From Botryllus schlosseri (lineage: Eukaryota), in assembly GCA_051294905.1 (NCBI GenBank), contig CM119372.1:29080001-29144000 (forward strand): DNA of 64,000 nucleotides, in the 5' to 3' direction. This document shows, one piece after another, positions 12,827 through 26,700 of this stretch; the stretch's first letter is position 1; each line of letters begins with the position of its first letter. The position numbers and the translations under genes were made by a program. A model generated the notes under the pieces. That model made no database searches. It was not told the DNA's origin and was given only the letters and a program-made list of their open reading frames with translations.

Positions 12827-13693
12827 CTGAAATTTAAACAAACTTTCATGGGCAATGCGCGATGAGGGGTCACTAGGTCAACGGGCTTGATGGGAGAGCC
12901 TCATATGTTGTCATAAAAACGTGAAGAGGGTACTATTTACACGAAAGCGCTATTAGGCGAGCATCTAAATGCGCAATGTGTTATAACGAAGAATCTGCAG
13001 TCACAAACATAGACCAAGACACCTATCAGCCGTACTGGTCACTGCGAGTACATCAGCCAAGCTAAAGGGACTTTTTTGATAAGCTAGGCATCCGAGCTCA
13101 ATATATATTAGGGCATGCAATAAATGGAAGATATCAAGCTACTCTCGCACTAATTCTGGAAACGTAGGCTACATTGTACTCGAGCCAAAAATCACCCAAG
13201 AGAACTAGACAAATCGTATTTAGCCTACTCTGCTTTGCCATTATTGCAAATGTCTAAAGATAGTTGCGAACGTTCTGTTTACGTTCGTGGTCGGTAAACG
13301 AACATTAATATAATTAATAAGATGGCGTTGACAAACGAACATTGATGGATTATCCATGTGAACGTCTATGGGAAATATCAGATTTATTTCCGAAATCTTG
13401 CCATAATTAGACAAAAGATCTTGAACTTGAACATCTTATCCCTGTCTATATCACAGTGATAGCAAGAACGATAATTGACAGGAAAAAATATGCTCTGTGT
13501 CGAGTAAATATTTATAGCAATTTTCGGGCATTGTGCTCGAAATACCACGCTTTCCCGTCGTAAATATTAAATTTGCTCGTGTCTGATTAATCCGTATCCA
13601 GAAAACGAGATGGAGCGGCATCTTGAGCTCAAATATCTCTCCGAGCTTATTTGTGAAAAAAAAGATTTTTTCGTCGCCCACCTAAGTCCTGAC

Positions 13694-15644
13694 CAGGCAG
13701 CTGAGTTGGAGTTAATGGAGTCGGATTAAGAGTTTCGCAAATTTATCCCTAATGGAGTTGGAATCCAAGTCGTGAAAATATACTGGTTGGAGTCGGGGTC
13801 GGAGTTTGTGAAAATGCTCGTGACCCCGACTCCGACTCCAACTTCCATAATATGAAAGCAGGTGCTTTCAAGGGCCTCTTAAAAATATTCATAATTCAGG
13901 TGATTTTTTTTGACATCTCAAAATCAATCAAAATTTGTCAACATTGTAGCGTTAGGTCAAAGAACTGTCAAAATTTTTTACAAAGTCGAAAATTTTTTGA
14001 CCCCTTCATTTCGTTTGCATCGTAGATTTTGCACTGTCGGCGAACTTATCATTTGATATTTTACAGATTGTAGCCAACTTTATTGGCCTACTGTTGTAGA
14101 CGGCCTATTGTCTGCTCATTGTGAATCACAAACGGTCAAATGAAACAAATAGGTTGACATGGTGTTATGGTCAACGTACTGCAATATCCTAACTGAAGCA
14201 AGACTACTTGGGTATTGCATGATTCTTATATCAAGAAGCGTATGATGAATAATTGTGATGTAGACAACATTGACAGAATGAAGCAACACGGTGTGCCACC
14301 AGCAGATACGCACAACTTCAGTGTTGTCTGCCAACAACTGCTGCTGTTGAACGTTCTTTCTCCATTCTTGGCAAACTACTTGTTAAGGATACACACTTTC
14401 CACCCGAGAATGTAGGAAAGTATCTTTCGTTGTAATAAAACAAATTTACATATTTCTACCATAATACGTGATGTAACTACTGGAGTTCTGCATAGGGCCA
14501 GATTTCGATAAATACAAGTTTTTTTATCTAATAATTTGTCAGTTTTCAGTTCAAAAACTTTTTCTTTCGTGCCAAACTACTTCGTAAGGACAGACAGTTA
14601 CAGCCAGAAATGAAGATAAGTAATACAATTGTACCATTATTTTAATTTTTTAGGTCAAAATCCTCCGTTTTTTTAGGTCACAAAAATCGTACTACTCACA
14701 ATGAATAAAATAGGTTTCGTATATACCAACAAATACTGATATTAGTAACGATATTGATAAAATTGGACATTATATACGAATTGCAATTCAGTTGCAAAAT
14801 CACAAATTTGGTGGAATTTTTGGAATTATTCCATGATACTGCGAAAGAGTAAATAAATCGTATAGTTTTGTAAGTGACAACATCGTAAAATTGATGCAAA
14901 CATAACCAAACGCTGCTTAACAATTGCCAAAATCAAAAATATTTCCAGTAATGAGTAGCTTAGCCGTTTGGGTCGAACATATCTTTAATAAAGAGTCCAA
15001 GTATAGTTCCAGCCCATGAATACTTGACTGAGTGCATGTAGAATAGTAGATACATATGCTATTTGACTCCTCCCTAAATTTTGTTTCTGACCACCGTTTA
15101 TTAGTAGTGAGAGTGTGTGCTTGTCATCAGCATAGTGTGTAGTGCATAGTGAGAAAATTTGTACAACTCTGTATCAGTTGCTGACTCATACGCACGAGCT
15201 ATACTTTTATTGTTTTATGCCAATTTTAAATATATCGGATGAGATATATATCATGTTTGAATGATCCATACATATTAGAAAATACCCGTGACTCGTCTAT
15301 GTTATAAAAACTTATGAAAAAAGGAAGGATATGTCGAAATAAATACTTCCATGTTAATTGCACTGTGAGTATTTCTAGCTATGTCACCATGAAACAATTT
15401 TACATGCCATCATGAATAATATCATTGCATATGTTTATTGGCTATTTTAAAGTCACCAAACCATCACAATGATGTATAGTTTTCAAAGAAAATCTGTAGT
15501 ACTGTTGGAGTCAGAGTTGGAGTCGTATTTGCAGTTAGGTGAGAAAAATAGGCGGATTCGGTACCGGAGTCGGAGTTGGAGTCGGTATATTGACAATGTC
15601 TGGAGTCGGAGTCGGTGATAAAATTTACCGACTCTAAAGCCCTG
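13694..15644. mobile_element. Degenerate hAT-type MITE (GGAGTC-repeat family) with a nested repeat
   Basis: CAGG.../...CCCTG ends, TSD GTCCTGAC/GTGCTGAC (1 mismatch), GGAGTC/GGAGTT subterminal repeats. Internal ~13950-14680 matches the reverse complement of the repeat at 54176-55823. Confidence 0.65.
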
Positions 15645-16369
15645 GTGCTGACCCAAAACCGAAATTAGCTTCCTACATTATGAACCATTTATTGCCAATG
15701 AGTTGAAGGTAAAGGTGTCATGATAGTCTCAATAAGCGTACTTTCAAACCCCTGATACAAAAATTTCAAAATGTGCTAGAGGTTGTCAAGTCAGGATCCA
15801 GCTATTCCTAATTTGCGTCTTAGTTGTGGCACGCTATAGATTACTTTTCCTTGCACACCTAGTAATTTTTTCTCGTACAATACATATTCCTCTTTCAAAT
15901 AAGAATCCACAGCATAGATGTAAACAAATGTATTTTTAAAATGTAAAATCATTACATTCCCAACACGTAACACCATTGGCTGCTGTCTTGTTAGCGAGCA
16001 GAAATACAAATACAACGCTGCTGATAAATGCGGTCTGCGGTTGAAACTAAACTAATATTGCAAACTTTTTATTTTGGTTTGATGGAAATTCTCTCGTTTT
16101 TGTAAGCTGAAATCAGTGTAGTAAGGATTAACTGTGTTTGTCCGTTTTTGGAGAAGCGGTTCTTGCGGGCTCCGATTGATTTGTTGGAAAATTACAACAA
16201 AAAGGAAGTAGTTGTAAGCGATCCGTAAGTAGTATAGTAGATCGCTCGCGAACGGCCATTGGTTCTTATGGGCGGGGTGGTGACTCGTATTGAAAACCGG
16301 GGGTGGTGACTCGTACTTTCAGACCCCCCTTGTGGTGGTGAGTCGTAATGGGTTCTTATGGACGCGGTC

Positions 16370-16632
16370 GTGATTCGTACTTTCGGGTATAGGCTGTGGC
16401 GGTGACTCGTATTGAAAACTCGGGGTCGTGATTCGTACTTTTGGGTATAGGCTGTGGCGGTGACTCGTATTGAAAACTCGTGGTCGTGATTCGTACTTTT
16501 AGGTATAGGCTGTGGCGGTGACTCGTATTGAAAACTCGGGGTCGTGATTCGTACTTTTGGGTATAGGCTGGGGCGGTGACTCGTATTGAAAACTCGGGTC
16601 GTGATTCGTACTTTTGGGTATAGGCCGCGGTC
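16370..16632 (+). repeat. 58-bp subterminal tandem repeat of element 2 (4 full units left; 2 units in the right arm at ~30022-30136)
   Basis: Unit GTGATTCGTACTTTTGGGTATAGGCTGTGGCGGTGACTCGTATTGAAAACTCGGGGTC. Confidence 0.9.
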
Positions 16633-17040
16633 GTGATTCGCCGTGAAAAGTCGAGGGTGTGACTCGCCTTTTTTGCTATAGGTGGTGGCGGTGATTCGTC
16701 TGTCGTGTATTCTTACAGGGTCTCTACTGATTCACCATGTGTTCTTATGGGCGCGGCGGTGATTCGTACTTTCGAGTATAGGCATCTCTCGCGTGGTGTT
16801 GAATATGTACGAGTCACCAACAATAACCGCACAAACGGAAACGTGGCTTGCAATAGGATTACGCAGTGCGTGCGACCTATATTTCGAATGACCTGCGCGC
16901 TGAATTATTTCCCGTCCAGTCGTGTGCTACTATCGATTATTACACTAATCCATTCAGTGCGAAATAGTTTGCTAAATCTAGGAATCAGTCGCATGGTGTT
17001 ACTTTAGTAATTAGTTTACCACAGAGCCGGCGTAGACGGT

Positions 17041-17322
17041 TGGTTGGTTGGTTTGTGGTATTCATGGTGTTTGTCGACTACTATGGTCATTTACACCAGG
17101 CCGATATTCTTTTTATTTTCCGTAACTGCCGACTTATAGCACGGCCCACCTCTAGGCTTTTGTAAGACACCGCTGACGCGGATGATGTGGCGAGGAGGAG
17201 CCTAGGTAAACCTCCAACACTTAGGTATCGGAATTCGGAAGTCGACCTCGGTCGGACTCGAACCCGCACCCATTGGTGTTGCAGCCGCGGATTATACCAC
17301 TGCGCTATCTCGCCACTATAAA
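17041..17322 (-). mobile_element. tRNA-derived SINE (family A) in the left arm of element 2
   Basis: Mirror image of 29300-29581. A-box TAGCGCAGTGG, B-box GGTTCGAGTCC, (CAAC)n tail, TSD ACCGTCTACGC. Confidence 0.85.
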
Positions 17323-17324
17323 GC

Positions 17325-17640
17325 GTAGACGGTGATTCGAATATCAGCAATAACCACGCTCACAAACTAACAGTTCGAAAAGGTGTGAAATAGTTTGCTA
17401 AATCTGGCACATGGTAATGTTTTGGTAATTAGTTTACCACAGAGCCGGCGTAGACGGTGATTCGAATATCAGCAATAACCACGCTCACAAACTAACAGTT
17501 CGAAAAGGTGTGAAATAGTTTGCTAAATCTGGCACATGGTAATGTTTTGGTAATTAGTTTGTCCCAGAGCCGGCGTAGACGGCGATTCGAATACCAACAA
17601 TAACCACGCTCACAAACTAACACTTCAAATAGGTGTGAAA
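17325..17640 (+). repeat. 125-bp tandem repeat (~2.5 units) in element 2 arm (mirror ~28980-29297)
   Basis: GTAGACGG(T/C)GATTCGAATA... starts at 17325, 17450 and 17575. Confidence 0.85.
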
Positions 17641-20600
17641 TATATAACAAACCCCACGATCACTCACAAGATAACACCTAAGACATAGCCATTTTTCGCG
17701 TCTTACCATTACTTACATCCCAATCGCTACAGTTTAATATGTCGATGGTTTTTACTATCAAGTAATAAGTAATGAATAACCGAACCGGTGCAGACTGTGA
17801 TTCGAAAACCAACAATTTGTCACTTGCACGCGATCGCTATATGTTTTGACACTTCGCACCGTTTTCACATCTATAGAATCAATACCAACTATAATTCTAT
17901 AAGAATCAAGAATCACAAGTATGTGCATTATACAGTTATAGTCTTTATTAACTTGAAATCAACCTCTTAACAAAAACACGCATCTTATCACTCGTCAACT
18001 CTATCATGAAAATCATCGACTCCTTATCATCAAAAATGTTATAGTGCGGCGTCGGAATCCATTCGTGGGGTGTACTAAAGTTAAATCCAGATAATCCAAA
18101 ATGAAATATTTGGACTTTGACATAGTCTGAATTGAAATATATTGACAAACATGACTACCAACTTTGATCCAGTCACATTTCAAGATCGTACTTTGAAACA
18201 ATCCTTGAAACTTACAACTCTATTCACGACTGAGTTTTCCGTTTATCAAATAGAGTTTCAGTAAATACTATCGCGATATTTTAATGTATAGAATCAATCA
18301 ATGAAATAGCACCTGTTGTAAATATTTCTAACTTGACAACCACTTGTGCATACCGCGATCGACTTGTGACGCGATGAGTTAAATCGGAATATTTCAATCT
18401 ATTTGTCGAAACCTTGAACAAACTAGCAGGTTATTTTTTGTTGTAATCGAGTGAACGGAAATAGTATTACGTCTCAACATTTTTTGTTGTAATCGAGTGA
18501 ATGGAAATAGTATTACGTCTCAACATTTTAACATCTTCCCATACACAAAAGAGTAAAATACAAAAAAGCCTTGTCAAGTCAATCCGTTTGTAACTTACCC
18601 AACCAAAGCAAAAAGTATCCTTATGAAAAGTAGACAAGACTACACGAGTAATCACCACAATCCAAAATCCATAGCAAGTTCGGCTGTAGTCATATACCGC
18701 CAAATCATCTTCTTATTTGTTCAACTGTAAAAGTCGTTACTATTCTGTAAGATAAAGTAATTACTACTCGGTATATTTTATAAACCAAAGTAAATACTAC
18801 TCGGTGTGCGGTTTGAGATTACCATATTACATTTTAGTATACGAGATTTGAATATCTGACCAATGTAGTTGAGAATTCATTTCTTACAATCGAACGCAGG
18901 CGTTATCTTGAAAATTTTCACGATGTAAACATATGAATTGACACATTGATTCGACATATGTAATAGTTGATCATGACTTGATTATTAAATTATTTGCGTT
19001 AATTAGACCCCGCGTTGTGGTAAATGTTATGACAACAACAAACTTTTCAGTACCAACGTTATTAACATATTAAGCTGTAAAACTATGTGTGTCTGAAATG
19101 TTCTTGATAGGAAAATTACTCCACCTTGGTAAAATTCACTCTGCGTATCGCGGATATCAGAAAATATTTCCAGTAACCAAGACTAAAGATGAAACGACAA
19201 TATCGGTATTATTACATTCAACAATCAGTACAATTATTAAAATCTATCGTTGTGATAAACAGCACTAAAGATGTAATAATTCCAGTATTCATACATTGAA
19301 CATCCGATACAAAAATGCTTTATTATCCCGATTCCCAACGGGTAATTGAAACGACTAAGTGTAGAATCAGTATATCACAATATCGTTACTATTGAATCCA
19401 ACGATTTATTGTCGGAATTTGTGACAGAGAATTGAAACATATGCACTTTACAGAGTATGAAAATATCACTTTAAGTATCGAGTACCGTTCGAAGCTAGCG
19501 ATCAGTTCTTAATCATTTCAGTAACTCCCCATTGTGCGCGCTAAATGTAAAATATCGCGAGGTTATACACTCTAAGACTTTGATTATTGTAAAAGTAAAT
19601 TGTGATATGTTTGTTAGATGCATCCAATTCAACTAGAAGTGTCTAGTGCCCAACACCCGTAATATCAAAAAAGTACTTGCTACACTGTTATTTGCTAAAC
19701 GTGTTTTGCATTGTTGTTCATTTCTAGTATTGATTGTTCTCGAACCCTCAAATAATAATTCCCGACATGAAACCAAGCCGCTGAAAGTCGTTACCATCAC
19801 GAAGAAACAATGTGTACGATGTTTGTCAAATGTGTCCTACCTGGCCAACAGAAAACAATTTTCACTAGCTTGGTAATGAAACCGAAGTCTCCATTCGATA
19901 TTTTGTTTGTGTCAAATACTTTACAATGAACACATTTGCGTGGTTGAGCTTTACATCATCAAGCTGTTATTTGTAAATCAAGATTTCGGTAAACTTGTAA
20001 ATGTATCGTTTAACTAACCGACATTTAGTGATTGGGGAACACACCAAACGATACACATCCATCTCCATAATACTGCATTGATCTTAATTTCCATCATCGT
20101 GATAATAGAAGTACTTTTGTTTTGAATTCATAACAATCGGCTTTTCTATGACATGATAAATTAGAAGAATTAGAAGATTGGTTGCATATCACTAAAAATA
20201 ATATACCACACATATTATTACTGTTACTCCATTTATCGGTTTTTTTTCCGTTGTCGATTTTCGAACGAGTAAAATTTATTACTTGAGTTGCTCTGCTTAC
20301 TATATTTAAATGTAAACTCGCCCGTCTTTCAACAACAAACAATGTTAAAAAAGTATGCAATCAAACACAACAAGTTTTACGATACTAATTATTATCCCAC
20401 ATAACCCATTTCTTACCGAAGACATATGAAATATATTCATGGTACACAAAAATATTCGCTCATGCTACAAACCTGTACAATGATTGGTGGTGCTTTCAAA
20501 CTGTTTCGATACCTCAAGAACTTTATTGTCTGAATGGTTGTTCATGTATCGTAATAATCAAGTAGTTCAACACAGAACTAGTATTAACAGAAACACCAGA

Positions 20601-21619
20601 GTTGTTGACACAAAAGTTTGTATGTGTACAGTATGCGAATACCATGTGTAAGTCCAGCACAATTGTGGTATCCATACGAGTTTAGTTAACACAATTTACG
20701 ACACCGAGGTCGCCTCATCTTTCGTAAGATAACAAACCAAGGCTTCAGGATATGTCCATGTCATAACAATAAATCAGCTACTCCAACAACAGAGTACAAT
20801 AGTACATATGTTTTCTAGTACGGTGCTTACATCTTACACACAAATCGACCTACTTTGCTAACGAAAAGTGCTGAGTCATCACATGGTTGTCCTCACAACA
20901 ATACAACTAAAACATACTATCATACAAAATGGCCGTTATAGTCACCAATGGTAAATCGTACAAGTAACAAGTCTCGAGAATCCAGTTATTCAAAAAACGT
21001 GAAAGTATTTCTACACCAAGTCGTTATGTTGACGAAGACGTATATTGTAATATCATGATCGATTTGTATTCGTTGACCGCAAAATGTCACTACTCTAAAT
21101 AATTATTTTTCACTCAAACACCAAAACCTACTTGTCGCCATTCGTTTTCATCAAGCACGAGTTCAAGAAACTTACTTACTACGACATGAAATGTTATTTT
21201 ATGTTGTGTAAATAGGTAATAATTAATTCAAGTAACACTATATCAACATCATCGAGCTGTGCGAATAGATTTACATGTGGTCTTGTGGTTTTAATCGAAG
21301 TACACAGTACGGTCTAATGTAGAGTCATCTCTATTGTACAGCAACTCGGTAATCGAAATGCATTAAAATTTAAACAGCGATCTTGTTTCATCACGCGAAA
21401 AATATGTTCACTATCGCTATACTCTGCACAGGACGTGTAAATCCTTTTCACACTCGTAATAGTATACTATTGGCTACCGGCGACAACATTTAACAACACC
21501 AACGACACTAAACATACGATACCTAACCAAGTAAAATTTCCATTTTCACCTGGGGGTCAGCCGTTACCTGAGTAAAAATACCATTATTCTTTGGAGATTT
21601 ATCGTTTAATCAGAGTAAC

Positions 21620-21975
21620 AAAACATTTTCACTTGGGGGTCCATCGTTTCCCAAAGTAACAAGCTCCCTTTCCTTTGGGAATCTATTTTTTCCGTGGGTA
21701 ACAAATCTTTTTCACTTGGAAATATCTTTTTTCCTCGGGTAACAAACCTTATTCGCTTGGAAACATATTTTTTTCCCTGGGTAGCAAACCTTTTTCACTT
21801 GAAAATATATTTTTTCCTCGGGTAACAAACCTTTTTCACTTAGAAATATATTTTTTTCTTCGGGTAACAACCCATTTTCACTTGGAAATATATTTTTATC
21901 CCGAGCAACAAACCTTTTTCACTTGTGAATATATTTTTTTTTCCCTGAACAACAAACCATTTTCACTTGGCGGTC
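21620..21975 (+). repeat. ~41-bp minisatellite in element 2 left arm (mirror ~24650-25000)
   Basis: Same unit family as 3580-3870, more diverged. Confidence 0.85.
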
Positions 21976-22834
21976 CGTCGTTTACTGAGTAAAAATATCA
22001 TTTTCCTTTGGAGATCTGGCGTTTACCCAGTGTAACAACACATTTTCTCTTGGTCATCTAGCTTTTCCTAGAGTAACAAAACCATTTTCATTTTGAAATC
22101 TGACAAACACACCTGACAATTTGATATTTTTTGTATATTGTTACAACGGATAGCGACAAAATATACACCAACAACAACTTCAGTACATTTGTGTAATTGC
22201 ATATTCACTTGTGCTGATGCAACCCATCAAAATCATCGGGTACCCACATGTAATGCGCTGTTGTACATCGACGTTTATGTTTTTGGAAAATTGGACAATA
22301 GGCTTCGATAGTTCTGTGATGTCCGGGCTCGTGCTTTGGATTTTCCAGAGTCAAAATGTCTGAATAAAACACCTCCTTGACGATGGTTGGTATGTGGATA
22401 ACGGTGGTCGGAAAACGGTTGGATTTATGTCACCCATCGCGATAACAATTCCAGGTCGAGTTTTCCCCCGCGTGTTTACTATATTGTGTCTTTATTGGTC
22501 ATGTATGTCTCGACATTCAGTTTGAAATCGGAAACCCTGATAAAGTATGTAACCGGATCCGGATATCAACTCTGAATCGATAAACCAATGAACAATATTC
22601 AAAGTAAACATGTTACACTCAGTGTTTCCACGAAAAAATACCATCCAGACATACGTCGCGCTTGTTTGCCCACATCAGTATACGCGTAAATGGAGGTGTG
22701 TGACATTGCATGCAATGTGTTGGTATACAAACATCGATCCACAGACATTATCATAGCCGGTAGTTTTGATGCAGATCGAATGTCATCACACCCGATAACA
22801 ATACCAATAAGACACATTGCAATGACTCTGAGTC

Positions 22835-23789
22835 AATCTGAAGTATGACATACAGACACACAAACATGGAACCGTAACATGGGTTATTCGCACGACGGTG
22901 AAAGTGAGCTATACAGCATATACCAATAGAGCGTTCACAGTCGAATATGCGAACCACGCACAATCACATACCCTGGTTTTTGTTGGATATGTACGAAACC
23001 AATAAATCGATACATTTCTGTTCCTTCTACGTCAATAATACAAGCGTCATTCCAATGCATCGCTCGAATGTAAGGTTCGTCGGGTGTAAAATCCATGTCA
23101 AATAACACCAAAGTGTGCCTTCCGTGTTTTATTATTTCCACCGTCGAATCTTGTCTGTGTCGTAATACTATGGTGCAGGGACTTGAAAAACTGTACTTTG
23201 TAAAACGGATTGACATGTTCTTCGGTATGACCAACTGAATCGACGTCAATAGCCTTGTGGTGATGACAGTTTCAAAATGCTCCGATATGACGAGACCAAC
23301 GCCGATCTCGCGTGGTGACGACCGTTTTTTGTAATGTTACCGGACGAACTAGACAAACCCTTACGATGGTGTGTTTTATGATTGCGTGTGAAATCACGAG
23401 GTAGTGTTCTATTGTGGTGTACGATTGCAGTTTTCATTCCACTGAAACACACCTTATTGGATCACAATATCAGTCCGACATTTGTAGAATCACTGTTCAC
23501 GATATTTATCTGGAGTCGTTATGTAGGAGTAGCGACATCCATTCATCGTGACTGAAAGACTGATCGCAATCATTTCGAGCACCCGCATTTCGAAAGTTCA
23601 CCTTGGTCAAACGCTGTAGTCTCAGAAGAGAACTTCGGTGTCGACAACACGATGGATATTGACCGATGTATCCAATTGGTCTGGGAGGTCCGTCTGCAGA
23701 TAGGGTCATGACTATCTTGTAATGTTACAACACGATAACACCATCGAATAAATCAGTGAACGGTGTCGAAATATCGATGTAATAGCGAA
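22835..23789 (-). other. 955-bp spacer (loop) of element 2
   Basis: Bounded by GACTCTGAGTC (ends 22834) and GACTCAGAGTC (starts 23790). Reverse-complement homologue of 5187-6108. Confidence 0.9.
22935..23216 (-). CDS. Hypothetical 93-aa protein in the element 2 spacer (MSIRFTKYSFSSPCTIVLRHRQ...)
   Basis: Ungapped homologue of 5728-6003; both frames are open. Confidence 0.4.
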   Translation of the reverse strand: MSIRFTKYSFSSPCTIVLRHRQDSTVEIIKHGRHTLVLFDMDFTPDEPYIRAMHWNDACIIDVEGTEMYRFIGFVHIQQKPGYVIVRGSHIRL

Positions 23790-26700
23790 GACTCAGAGTC
23801 ATTGCAATGTGTCTTATTGGTATTGTTATCGGGTGTGATGACATTCGATCTGCATCAAAACTACCGGCTATGATAATGTCTGTGGTCGATGTTTGTATAC
23901 CAACACATTGCATGCAATGTCACACACCTCCATTTACGCGTATACTGATGTGGGCAAACAAGCGCGACGTATGTCTGGATGGTATTTTTTCGTGGAAACA
24001 CAGAGTGTAACATGTTTACTTTGAATATTGTTCATTGGTTTATCGATTCAGAGTTGATATCCGGATCCGGTTACATACTTTATCAGGGTTTCCGATTTCA
24101 AACTGAATGTCGAGACATACATGACCAATAAAGACACAATATAGTAAACACGCGGGGGAAAACTCGACCTGGAATTGTTATCGCGATGGGTGACATAAAT
24201 CCAACCGTTTTCCGACCACCGTTATCCACATACCAACCATCGTCAAGGAGGTGTTTTATTCAGACATTTTGACTCTGGAAAATCCAAAGCACGAGCCCGG
24301 ACATCACAGAACTATCGAAGCCTATTGTCCAATTTTCCAAAAACATAAACGTCGATGTACAACAGCGCATTACATGTGGGTACCCGATGATTTTGATGGG
24401 TTGCATCAGCACAAGTGAATATGCAATTACACAAATGTACTGGAGTTGTTGTTGGTGTATATTTTGTCGCTATCCGTTGTAACAATATACAAAAAATATC
24501 AAATTGTCAGGTGTGTTTGTCAGATTTCAAAATGAAAATGGTTTTGTTACTCTAGGAAAAGCTAGATGACCAAGAGAAAATGTGTTGTTACACTGGGTAA
24601 ACGCCAGATCTCCAAAGGAAAATGATATTTTTACTCAGTAAACGACGGACCGCCAAGTGAAAATGGTTTGTTGTTCAGGGAAAAAAAATATATTCACAAG
24701 TGAAAAAGGTTTGTTGCTCGGGATAAAAATATATTTCCAAGTGAAAATGGGTTGTTACCCGAAGAAAAAAATATATTTCTAAGTGAAAAAGGTTTGTTAC
24801 CCGAGGAAAAAATATATTTTCAAGTGAAAAAGGTTTGCTACCCAGGGAAAAAAATATGTTTCCAAGCGAATAAGGTTTGTTACCCGAGGAAAAAAGATAT
24901 TTCCAAGTGAAAAAGATTTGTTACCCACGGAAAAAATAGATTCCCAAAGGAAAGGGAGCTTGTTACTTTGGGAAACGATGGACCCCCAAGTAAAAATGTT
25001 TTGTTACTCTGATTAAACGATAAATCTCCAAAGAATAATGGTATTTTTACTCAGGTAACGGCTGACCCCCAGGTGAAAATGGAAATTTTACTTGGTTAGG
25101 TATCGTATGTTTAGTGTCGTTGGTGTTGTTAAATGTTGTCGCCGGTAGCCAATAGTATACTATTACGAGTGTGAAAAGGATTTACACGTCCTCTGCAGAG
25201 TATAGCGATAGTGAACATATTTTTCGCGTGATGAAACAAGATCGCTGTTTAAATTTTAATGCATTTCGATTACCGAGTTGCTGTACAATAGAGATGACTC
25301 TACATTAGACCGTACTGTGTACTTCGATTAAAACCACAAGACCACATGTAAATCTATTCGCACAGCTCGATGATGTTGATATAGTGTTACTTGAATTAAT
25401 TATTACCTATTTACACAACATAAAATAACAATTCATGTCGTAGTAAGTAAGTTTCTTGAACTCGTGCTTGATGAAAACGAATGGCGACAAGTAGGTTTTG
25501 GTGTTTGAGAGAAAAATAATTATTTAGAGTAGTGACATTTTGCGGTCAACGAATACAAATCGATCATGATATTACAATATACGTCTTCGTCAACATAACG
25601 ACTTGGTGTAGAAATACTTTCACGTTTTTTGAATAACTGGATTCTCGAGACTTGTTACTTGTACGATTTACCATTGGTGACTATAACGGCCATTTTGTAT
25701 GATAGTATGTTTTAGTTGTATTGTTGTGAGGACAACCATGTGATGACTCAGCACTTTTCGTTAGCAAAGTAGGTCGATTTGTGTGTAAGATGTAAGCACC
25801 GTACTAGAAAACATATGTACTATTGTACTCTGTTGTTGGAGTAGCTGATTTATTGTTATGACATGGACATATCCTGAAGCCTTGGTTTGTTATCTTACGA
25901 AAGATGAGGCGACCTCGGTGTCGTAAATTGTGTTAACTAAACTCGTATGGATACCACAATTGTGCTGGACTTACACATGGTATTCGCATACTGTACACAT
26001 ACAAACTTTTGTGTCAACAACTCTGGTGTTTCTGTTAATACTAGTTCTGTGTTGAACTACTTGATTATTACGATACATGAACAACCATTCAGACAATAAA
26101 GTTCTTGAGGTATCGAAACAGTTTGAAAGCACCACCAATCATTGTACAGGTTTGTAGCATGAGCGAATATTTTTGTGTACCATGAATATATTTCATATGT
26201 CTTCGGTAAGAAATGGGTTATGTGGGATAATAATTAGTATCGTAAAACTTGTTGTGTTTGATTGCATACTTTTTTAACATTGTTTGTTGTTGAAAGACGG
26301 GCGAGTTTACATTTAAATATAGTAAGCAGAGCAACTCAAGTAATAAATTTTACTCGTTCGAAAATCGACAACGGAAAAAAAACCGATGAATGGAGTAACA
26401 GTAATAATATGTGTGGTATATTATTTTTAGTGATATGCAACCAATCTTCTAATTCTTCTAATTTATCATGTCATAGAAAAGCCGATTGTTATGAATTCAA
26501 AACAAAAGTACTTCTATTATCACGATGATGGAAATTAAGATCAATGCAGTATTATGGAGATGGATGTGTATCGTTTGGTGTGTTCCCCAATCACTAAATG
26601 TCGGTTAGTTAAACGATACATTTACAAGTTTACCGAAATCTTGATTTACAAATAACAGCTTGATGATGTAAAGCTCAACCACGCAAATGTGTTCATTGTA

